Source of the DNA: Octopus bimaculoides
Lineage: Eukaryota
Assembly: GCF_001194135.2 (NCBI RefSeq)
Contig: NC_068986.1
Span: forward strand, 62,676,566 to 62,720,755
Length of the DNA stretch: 44,190 nucleotides
Direction: 5' to 3'
The notes beneath the pieces were generated by a model. That model saw only the letters and a list, made by a program, of their open reading frames with translations. It did no database searches and was not told the origin of the DNA. Every line of letters starts with the position of its first letter. The first letter of the stretch is position 1. Below, in pieces: positions 24,453-35,112 of the stretch. Made by a program: the position numbers and the translations under genes.

Positions 24453-26649
24453 AGATGACTGTGAGATATATACATACATGCATACATGCATACATTTATA
24501 TGTATATATATGTGTGTGTGTATTTACACACACACACACATACACACACATATATGCATATACACACATACATATATAAATAATATATACATACACATAT
24601 TTATGGTATGTTTTTTCTTTCATTCACATGACATGTCAATTTTCTTCTGTTGATTTGCATTATTTTGAAATGGTTTAGTTTTTCCTTTTAGGAACAAATA
24701 TATTAAGGCTTGAATATGATTTTCACTTGCTCTCTTCTCTATAAATATTCAATGTAATGCAGTACCACAGCCCTTATCTGTCTTCCAGAAATACTGTGCA
24801 ATATACTGTACCATGTATTGAGTACACAAACCCTGATTTTGAAGTTAATTTGCATACACTGTGTTAAAAATAGTTTTGTCCTTTACTTTTTTGTGGATTG
24901 TTAAAGATTAAACATATTCTGCTTGACAAGTTTACTAATTTGTATTTGTATCTTTTAAATAAAATCATGTTCTTTACGTTTCTTCATTTAATTTTCATCC
25001 TATATACATTATACTGTATACATGGTACAATAAGAATTTAAAATGGATCAATAGATAACAAACAGATCCTGATTTAGAAGTGTATTGATTTGAATTTGTT
25101 AAATACAATTTAGTCCTTTACTTTTCATAGTTTATTTTATATTTTAAGTATATATTTAGGTTTTCTCAAGAAAATCAGGAAATCCTCAGGCCTTAAGCTT
25201 AACAAATATTTGGTCTGGTACTGTACATAGGTGGAATGTTCAGTTGTAGTTAAAGTTAAGTATTTTATATTTTTTCTATTTCCTATCATCATCTGTCTTT
25301 ATATCTTATGGGAACAGCTCATGGATAATTGTATTCATGTTATTACTGAATTTGTGGCAAAGTTATGCTTTGCAGATTTTTGCAGTGTACAGGAAAACTA
25401 ATAAAATAGAGGAGCAAAGAGAAACACCCTCATCTCATCTATCAAGATGAGTGCATTTAACAACATCTAAATGCTTTGCATTTCATTGACTCTGATGACT
25501 CCCTTCCCACTGCTCATCTTCCTAACAGTCGTGGGAGGGGTGGCCTCCCACAACTCATCCTCCTAACACCCACCCCTCCATAACTCAGCTGCTTGTAATT
25601 ATGAGAATGGAATTACACTTATTTCATTCCCTATCCTTTTGATTCACTCTCCTTGAGACCACTTTTTTCTCATGCACTCTCAGTATCATCGCTTATCTCC
25701 TTATTTTCCACTGAATGTCCCTTTTATCTCCCTTTCTCCTGAATACCAACTCATTTTGACAATGGCAACCTTCACTCCCTCCATTACCTCTATCTATCAC
25801 TGACAAGTTCCAACATCATGTGCATTTGACTTCATCCCTAACACTTTGTATCTCTCTTGCACCTCACCCCACTCACTTCACATCATGTTTGCTACCTTAT
25901 CCCACCCCTACCCCTCGAACAGATAATCATGATTGAACTTTCCACCCCCTTGTTCACTACTCTCTGCATTTCCCTTTGTCCATCTGCTACTCACCTCTTA
26001 CACTCCCACAAACTTAGATTGCTTGTGTCTCTGTGTTGATGCTGTGAAAAATAAGAGGAGTATCTATACTTGTGAAGGGTTTCTTGTGAGAAAAATCATT
26101 ATGCATTGTGCTATTTAGATGAAATTTTACCTGGTTTTTCAGGCTGAAGTATTAATTTATTCAACTTCTTGTAACATGAGGGTACATTCTACCACATCCT
26201 TACCACCAACATTCTTTTCCAACTGGGGAAATCATCTGTCTGCCCTACAGTAAGATACCTGTCCATCTCTCATTCATTGACCTCTCATTACCTGGCACAA
26301 AGCCTCCTCCCTCAATACTTCTCTACATTCAGTTGGGTGGGGGTGTCTTGCTTTGTAAATTACTTGTTGACATCACAAGTTCTTGTGCCACATAAAAAAA
26401 GACATCCATTACACTCTGTAAAGTACTTGGCATTAAGAAAGGCATCTAGCCATTCAAACTATACCAATGCAGACTTCGGAACTTGATGCACCCCTCTGGC
26501 TTACCAGCTCCTATCGAATCATCCAACCCATGCTGGCAAGGAAAATGGATGTTAAATGATGATGACGATAATACATACATATAAATGAATGAATGAATGA
26601 ATGAATGAATGTATGTATGTATGTATGTATGTATGTTATGTTATATTAT

Positions 26650-29600
26650 GTCAGGTCACTTATGAGGCTCTCATGAGTGCTACTGGCAACATGGAATCCA
26701 GTACAACCTGTTGCATGGTCAGGTTGTCGGCGACTAAACTGGCACCCCTACCAGGCTACCCTGGTGAGGAGGGTTGCTAGAAACCCAGCAAGATTAAAAA
26801 CAAAACCTGCTGAAAGGTTAGATGAACCCAGTGCAGGCTTAACGGCTATCTAGCAATAGCACGGGTACACAGAAATTCCAGGATGGTGTCTGGCATGCTG
26901 AAAGACTACTGAGAGTGAGGCACCCCTCAGCTTCTGTTGAAGCATGTCTCTAGGAGAAGGTCACTCTGATATAAAACCAGATATGCAGGGAATGGCATTG
27001 GACATTTTGGGTATCTTTGGTTTGTGCTAGAGATCATGGCGCTCCCACATCCCTGAGCCTGTGATTCATATTGGCACCAGGCATCTTGCTCTGGCTTGTC
27101 TCTGGATAATGTCAGTAAAGTGGAGAGGGTCTATGAGGTGTTGTGCAAGCCTTATTGGACCTAAAACTCTGCACAGGTATTGCTGACCTCTGCTCAATAT
27201 GTGCTGCTTTTTTTTCTTTCCCTATATATATTTATTTTATTTTCAGTATATATGTATCTTTATTTTTAATATATATTTTCTTCATTTTTAGTATATTTTA
27301 ATTTTAATTTTTTCGGAAGTCCTGCAGCAACGGGAAGGTGGTGAAGCATGCAGACCTGATAGGTTGGAAGCATGTATTCAGCGACTTTCAGAGACTCGTA
27401 TAGAAGGTGATGGTCAGCTTGAGGAAGTAGGAGGTGGATACACCTTTTAGGAAGAAGAGGTAGAAGGGGGAGCACAGAGAGGCTGGTGTTGGCTTTACAG
27501 TTCGATCTGATATCCTTAAGAAGTTGGAGGAGCTTCCTGTTCCTATAAATGAACATCTAATGACTCTACGATTACGCCTGAAAGGTGGGCGGTTTGCTAC
27601 TCTAGTAAGTGCCTATGCACCTCCTTTGACTAATTGTGATGAAGATAAAATTATTTCTTATACCCAACTGAGAGCGATACTTAGGAAAATCCCCAATTCT
27701 GATAAAGTCATTCTACTGGGGTATTTCAATGCCAGGGATAGACTCACAAACATGGAACTCTCTAGGACGTTTTGGTGTAGGGAAAATGAATAGCAATGGT
27801 CTCATGCTGTTGGTGCTTTGTGAAGCACTCATTATATGCACAAAGGTGATCACACAACAACGTGGATGCATCCAAAGTCTAAAGTTTGGCACTTGCTGGA
27901 TTATGTCATAATCCGCAAGTGTAACATCTATGACATTTGTAATGTCAAGTCCTTTCATGGATTGGAATGCTGGACAGACCACAGTCTGGTGCGAGCAAAG
28001 TTCTGGATGATGATTAGAGTGAAAGAAAGAAGAGGGCCAGTCAGCATTTCTTGATATCTGAATGTCCACAAAATATATGATGCATGTTGAGGAAAGAGCT
28101 TCAGACTTGCTTGTCCAGCATTGAAAATACTGCAGCATGGAAGGATTTTCAAGACCAGGTTCTTCAATGTGCTGCTGAAACACTGGGATATACTACTGCT
28201 AGACACAGAGACTGGTTCAATAAAATTGATGCTGAAGTTCAGTGACTATTGGCTGTAAAGTGCCATGCCCACAATGTATTGCTGCACAGAGGACTTTCAG
28301 CTGTGTAGCGAAATCTAGCACTTGCCCACTATAGCAGTATTAAATCACTACTGCAGCGATCTCTCAGGAAGATGCAGAACACTTGGTGGGTAGATCTTGC
28401 TTGTGATGTCCGGGCTGCTGCTCATGCAAATGATAGCAAGAAGCTTTACCATCGTATGAAGCAAGTTTATGGGCATAAGAGCTCCACATCAGCTCCTTTG
28501 CTTTCCAAGGAGTCTATTTACTAAATCAACAGAAATCACAGGTTGCTGGATTGAACAGTTCTCTGAACTCCTATAGCATGAGTCAGTTGTGGATGAAGCA
28601 GTGATTGATACTATGCAACAAAGATCTATCATTGGCTCCTTAAATTCCATGCCCTCACTAGATGAGGTAATGACATCAATAAGTAAATTGAATCTTGGTA
28701 GGGCACCTGGAACGGATGGAATTTGTGCTGAGGTTTTGCAATTTGGTGGTAATTACATCATACAGTCCCTTCATGAACTTATTAGTGCAGTCTGGAGGGA
28801 TGGTGCAATGCCTAAGGACTGGAAGGATGCAATTATTCTCCCTCTCTATTAAAGAAAAGGAGCCAGAACAATGTGTGGTAACTACAGAGGTATCGTTCTA
28901 CTATCAGCTGCTGGCAAGGTTCTGGCAAATATTCTTCTTACCCGTCTGAATAAGTGCCTTGTAAATGATGTCCTATCTGAATTCCAGTGCGGCTTCTGAT
29001 CTGGTAGAGGGACAATGGATAGGATTTTCACAGCAAGACAGATGCAGAAGTGCTATGAGCAGAATATGGATCCTGTCCAGGTATTCATTGATTTTATGAA
29101 GGCCTTTGATACTGTGAATAGGGCCTTGCTATGGAAAATACTTGGCGAACTTGGATATCCAGATCACTTTGTATCTATAATTAAATCATTCCATGATGGG
29201 ATGGTGGCTTGGGTCAATGCTGGTGGTGGCATGGTAGGACCCATTCCTGTAGAAAATGGTGTTAAGCAGGGTGACATCCTTGCTCCAACTCTCTTTTCTT
29301 TGTACTTTGCTGCTGCTTTTACTCATGCTTTTTCTAAGGTTAGCTCTCTGGGAATACATGTCAGGTATCGATCTTCTGGCTGCCTCTTTAATCCGTACTG
29401 ATTTGCTGCTAATTCAAAAGTTTCCCAGTCTCTTATTCGTGACCTCCTTTATGCAGATGACTGTGACTTAGTCACTCATACAGTGGATAGCATGAAAACA
29501 CTTACGAATCATGTTTCTGCTTCATGCAAGGCATTTGGACTCAGCATTAGCCTGGACATGACTGTTGTAATGTTCCAACCTGCACCAGGAAATCCATATG

Positions 29601-29850
29601 TGGAACAAGCTGTCTTGGTTGAAGGAACAATTCTGAAAGTGGTAGACAAGTTTGTCTACCTGGGCAGCACACTCAGTTGTTCTTGCTCCCTGGATGAGGA
29701 AATATCTTTCAGGCTGCAGAGAGTAACTGATCCCTTCTGGTCTCTTCAGTCTCGTGTCTGGTCCCAGCACAGCATCACAAAGCAAACAAAATTTTCTGTG
29801 TACAGTGCATGTGTACTGAGATCGCTCCTCTACTCATGTGAGGGATCAGG
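26650..29850 (+). mobile_element. Near full-length decayed RTE LINE (5' UTR, APE endonuclease, RT); 3' end not seen (gap follows)
   Basis: SETRIEGDGQLEE..GYTF, GVGF, LVSAYAP, ILLGYFNA, HLLDYVI, WTDHSLV; RAPGTDGI, WKDAI, DFMKAFDTV, GVKQGDILAPTLF, LLYADD. Many stops and frameshifts. Confidence 0.93.
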
Positions 29851-30711
29851 TTGAGCAGGTATTCTAATAACTGCTTATATATNNNNNNNNNNNNNNNNNN
29901 NNNNNNNNNNNNNNNNNNNNNNNNNNNNNNNNNNNNNNNNNNNNNNNNNNNNNNNNNNNNNNNNNNNNNNNNNNNNNNNNNNNNNNNNNNNNNNNNNNNN
30001 NNNNNNNNNNNNNNNNNNNNNNNNNNNNNNNNNNNNNNNNNNNNNNNNNNNNNNNNNNNNNNNNNNNNNNNNNNNNNNNNNNNNNNNNNNNNNNNNNNNN
30101 NNNNNNNNNNNNNNNNNNNNNNNNNNNNNNNNNNNNNNNGACGGCGGCAGCAGTGGTGTGTGTGGTGGGGTCATGTGCTGTAACAACACATTCAACACAT
30201 TGCTGCATCTACCATTGCGGATGACACATTTGCACCACTCAGGGAACTACCTTTCGATCGATGGGTGTTTGGATAATTGTTGCTGGTGATAGTTTTACAA
30301 TGCTGGAGTGAAAACCCTACCTCATCCTCTTTTAGTCGCCTTTTATGCATGTAATCATGATGATAGTTTCTTCAGTCCAAGAAAAGCACTTCTAGAATTC
30401 CTTGCTAAACAACCTGCAAAGATGATTTGTTTAAAGTGATTTAATGTTTGTGCTCCACATAAGCTCATTTCTCTCATCAAATCGACATCACCTGTACAGG
30501 TGCATAGTGTGCCACATGTTAGATGTCAAAGTAATCACAGAGTAATGTGAAATGAAGTGAAGTGTTGTGCTCAAGAATACAATGCACTGCCCAGTGTGGG
30601 AAATGAGTCCATGATCTCACAATCATGAGGGCAATACCCTAAACATTAAGCCATATGCCTTCCTACATACATACATACATACATACATACATACATAAAT
30701 ACATACATACA

Positions 30712-30742
<31 letters not shown>

Positions 30743-30743
<1 letters not shown>

Positions 30744-31030
30744 AGTCTGAAGGATATTTCACTGGTTCACAAAGAAACAGAAATACCAAAATTACACACT
30801 GTTTGTGGATGACTTGAAACTTTATGCAAAGAATATGCACGAGATGAAAAAGAACCTTGACCTAGTTACAACATTCTCAAAGGATGTAGGGTTGGAGTTC
30901 GGTCAGGATAAATGTCGTTATATGGTTGTGAAAAGGAGGAAAACTGTAAACCAGACTAGCAACACCTCCAACAATGATTTGACTGTTTCCCCTATATCTG
31001 ATGAGGAATGTTTAAGGTATCTAGGCATGT
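30743..31030 (+). mobile_element. R4/Dong-type LINE RT fragment
   Basis: VDDLKLYAKN...TFSKDVGLEFGQDKC; homologous to 36640-36935 on the minus strand. Confidence 0.85.
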
Positions 31031-31929
31031 TCTAGAAAAATGCTGGTTTATTAATTTCACACAAGCTTTTGACTGTGCTGTTGTATATACCTAAATTAAT
31101 GAAAGTTTATATCATAGTGTCTTACTTTTTTGAAATTTGTATTTATTGGGGTTATTGATGTAATTTCATATGAAATAAATATTCTCCTTAAAGCCATTAT
31201 TTATTTATTAAAGCTTATAATAAGTTGCAAAATTGTTGAAAGAATATTCATTATATGAAATGGTGAATAAAGGAAAGTTAATATTCTACAAATTGTCTTA
31301 GGACCCACATTCAGTAAATACTTCTCTATATTTTATTTAAATTAGCAAACTAATATCAACTTTTCAGAGACATAGTAATTAGGAATAACCTTGTTTAGAG
31401 CATTTAGTAACTACTTTTCTGTTCAGTATGTATAAAATAATATAAAATGTATTACTCCATACCTTAACTTGATATAGTAGCTAAATCCTTTGTTATTCAA
31501 ACATCCCTTAAGTAATACTTTCACTCTTAGTAATTTCATTACTTAATTAGATTACCAGGGTGCAAATTGCCATTTAAGAATCATTGCTTTTAGACAAATA
31601 AAGCCAACAGAGAACATAATTTAAATAATGAGATGATTTATCACCATCATTATCATCATCATTTTAATGTTCACTTTTCAATACTTGCGTGGGTTGGATG
31701 GAATTTACTGAAACAGATTTTCTATGGTTGGATACCCTTCCTGTCACCAATCCTTACTTGTTTCCAAACAAGGTAGTATTTCCCTATTGCCAGAATACTG
31801 GAAACTAATGATATTTATTTACAACAGTCATATGAGATCAAGACCAAGGTACACACACACACACACACACACACATACATACAAATACATATCATTGTAC
31901 CACTGCATTGCTAGACTATTGAATGTTGT

Positions 31930-32180
31930 TATACATCACTGGTAACAATGTGCTTTCCCACATGGTTGTAGCTTTCGAATGATGCCACTCCACTGGCTAG
32001 TGGGACAGGCCAACATTTCCCCTGAAGAGAAAGCCAGCTCATCACAGGATTACCCATTTACAGCTTAGTGGACTGGAGCAATGTGATATGAAGTGCTTTG
32101 CTCAAGAACACAATGCACCACTGGTCTGGGAATCAAAACCACGATCTTGGGTGTTACACCCTAACCACAAACCACATGCC
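31930..32180 (-). mobile_element. SINE, third family; relative at about 30480-30660
   Basis: Shared core gaagtg(c)tttgctcaagaacacaatgcac...gggaatcaaaacc...accctaaccac..accacatgccttc. Confidence 0.7.
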
Positions 32181-32414
32181 TTCACATATATGTATATACA
32201 TTTATACATACATATACAGTGGGCTTCTTTCCGGGATTGGCCTGGAATGATAGTAGAAGACATTTGACCAAGGTGTTATGTAATGGGACTGAATCAGAAG
32301 CCATGTGGTTGCAAAGAAAACTTGTAACAAAACAGCCATGCCTGTGCCTGCAATGTAGGCACAAACGTGGCATGTTCAACATAAGTGAAAGCTTAAAATA
32401 ATGATGTAACTTAC

Positions 32415-32534
32415 CTGCACAGTTTTTATGATTGGTGAGATTATAACCAAGTCTACACTCACAATAGTAGCTTCCTGGTGTGTTTTTACAAATATGTTGA
32501 CATCCACCTTTCGATTCGGAACATTCATTCATAT
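32415..32534 (-). CDS. Internal exon encoding a calcium-binding EGF-like domain: (D)[39 protein letters not shown]
   Basis: 120 nt, ...ttctag and gtaagt boundaries, phase 1-1, six Cys. 99/120 nt identical to exon 22221-22340. Confidence 0.93.
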
Positions 32535-32675
32535 CTAGAATGGAACATAATGCCAAATAAATGCATTGATACATTTATATGTGTTTACATACATAAAATG
32601 GGAAACTCAGAGTGAATTGTAACATGTCGGTTCTCTTTTAATCGTCTTGAATTATTCTACTTCAGCTCTGGAAGG

Positions 32676-32723
<48 letters not shown>

Positions 32724-32727
<4 letters not shown>

Positions 32728-34056
32728 AGTGTTCCATTCCAGTTTCCTATTCAGGCTATGTTTATCTTCTATTATGTGTGTAGCTTCTGTAATTTGTCTA
32801 AGTGCTGCATCTGTGCTATGTGTGGATAAGATTTTAATTTCTATGTTGTTGAGTGAGCCTCCGTGTTCTTGCTCAGCGTGCTGGTACAGAACTGATGAGC
32901 TCTTCCCTTCCTTAAGTTCCCTCCAATGTTCATTTACCCACTCCCCTATGCTCCATGCTGTTTCACCTACATACATCATTGTCTTGTTACTGCATCGTCC
33001 CTCTGTACATCTTATACTATAGAGCACATTTCTGGTTTTACAGTTTGTTTGTGGGCTAAATCTACATACAATACAGTTCCTATCAGTGCAGGGGGTTCTA
33101 CTAAAAGAGTATGTTCTACTGATAAGGGATTTGATAGGGTTGCCTGGCCTTTCAACAACCTTAATTCTTAGCTTAAGTTTGTCTAGGGCCCTTCTAAAGC
33201 GGTACGCCAGTTCGCCTCTAGGGGTGGTGTCGAAGAACATGACGCTCTGGTACTTGTGGCTATCATACCATGAGTTGGCCTTCCCTATTTTCTTCTTAAT
33301 CCTTTCAATGGTGTTCCATGATTTGCTCCTATAGAGTGGGCAAATCCCATTCCTATCGTTACGTTTGATGGTTTCAAGTTTCTTCATAACTCCTTTGTAT
33401 ACTCTGATCCTTTCTTTATGGCTGTAACCTGAGAACTGCATGCGGTGAACGAAATGTTGTATATGTCTCTTTAATTCTGTAGGATTGCACATGCAGGACA
33501 CATTTCACATTACTCTGATGAGGTTTGCCATCAATATATTGAATTTGGCATTGTCCACAATAGCCGAGTTCCGGTGGATCAGGTATTTGGAGGCCATAGA
33601 TTTTGTATAGTGTGAATGGAGGATTCAGGTTTTATTATTCTCAGTTTCTAGCCAGAATTCAGTATCTAGTATAGGTAATCTATGGTTAGGGTGTTTAGTA
33701 GGGTAGACTATCGTAACCTTAATACTTTGGTGGATGGAGTTAGCTATTTGCTGGATGCTCTCCATAGTATTAGTTTCTATTTCCATTTCAAGAGTACTCT
33801 CTTGTGGGGGTGTCTTTACCACTACGTTGATATCATCGACATATCGAGAGTACGTATTCACGAGTATGGAGTTCTGTGTCAGACGTTCCTTAAGCCTTCT
33901 GTCCCACCATACCATGAAGAGATTCGTTACATCACCAGCGATACTAACACCGATGGCTGCCCTCTCGTCCTAGGCGTATATTTTGTTGCTAAACTTAAAT
34001 GTGTGGCCTTTTAGGGTAACCTTTAAGGGTAACCTTTTAGGGTAACCTTTTAGGGT
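32724..34056 (-). mobile_element. Penelope-like retroelement, second lineage (RT from motif B, thumb, GIY-YIG), truncated at both ends
   Basis: One frame with three stops: GHTFKFSNKIY..AIGVSIAG...RYVDDI...LPILD...RMQFSGY...PLYR...KVVERPG...C.DRNCIVC...VLYSIRC...YVGET...EH...RQITEA. The 3' end runs into (TA)n. Confidence 0.92.
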
Positions 34057-34235
34057 CCTATTAGCCATACCACAAACTCAACAGAAATTTACTCTATATC
34101 AATAAGCCCTCTAATTTCCTAAGATATATTATCAACAGTTTTGTTAAAAATGTATTTATTACAATGTCTTACCTTTTTACTAATAAGAAAATTTTCTATG
34201 ATAATGTCACTAACAAGTAAATACAATGATGAAAT

Positions 34236-34382
34236 CATCATCATCATCAGCATCATCATCGTTTAACGTCCGCTTTCCATGCTAGCATGGGTTGGACGAT
34301 TTGACTGAGGACTGGTGAAACCAGATGGCTACACCAGGCTCCAATCTGATTTGGCAGAGTTTCTACAGCTGGATGCCCTTAA
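34236..34382 (-). mobile_element. SINE 3' end, young, same family as 1-250
   Basis: Reverse complement of 110-250 with few differences. Confidence 0.88.
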
Positions 34383-34907
34383 CTTTTATAACTAGCACTA
34401 AGTTGAAACATTCACCCACTAGGGAAATTATTTCTAATAACATCACTAATGATAGGAATATAGGTGGATATATTATGTGTGTGTGTGTGTGTGTGTGTGC
34501 ATATTTATATGTATTTATTTTGTATGTATGCTTAGTGTATGTATCAAGTATTGACAGCCAATTGACACCCTTATCAATTTTATCATTCTGAACTATTATC
34601 ATTATTCTTTGAAAACTCTTTATAGTCTCTTCTTTGACTCTGTTGATATGCAACATATGAAACTTTGTGCCAAATACAATTACGACTTGTTTGATTGCAG
34701 GATATGTCTGTTAACCCATCTTCTCAATTTCGAATAAACTTGATTCTTTATACTTTTGTTTCTCTGTCACAAATATTGCACAAAGGATTGAAACAGTTTT
34801 TAAATTGCATCATCAAAATGTACGTAGGAAATGAATATCCTGAAATATAAATGGTGATGTTTCCTGTTGTTTTTGTAATGCAATTAATGCAGTATTTATA
34901 TTATAGC

Positions 34908-35005
34908 CTATACTGCAAGTGACCAAGTATGCATCTACACATATAGTTTTGGAGTGTTAGGTGTTGTATTGAGCTCTGATGTAATCGGTCATTTGTCATG
35001 CATAT
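34908..35005 (-). pseudogene. Probable decayed third EGF exon
   Basis: Starts at-atg-cat-ga (compare at-atg-aat-ga). Retains aac-act-cca (NTP) and Y-M-C-R-C-I-L-G. Acceptor AG has become GG; contains a stop and deletions. Confidence 0.5.
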
Positions 35006-35112
35006 CCAACACATTATAATATTGTGTGTGTGCACACACAAGCATGCACACACATGCATGCATGCACACACACACACACACACAAACACACATACACATC
35101 TTTATATGTATG

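Noticed and set aside
33500-33630. Two in-frame TGA codons in the Penelope ORF as possible selenocysteine
   Set aside because: They fall where Arg fits (KT*ILH, RVM*NVS), so CGA-to-TGA decay is simpler. A third stop is TAG, and I saw no SECIS.
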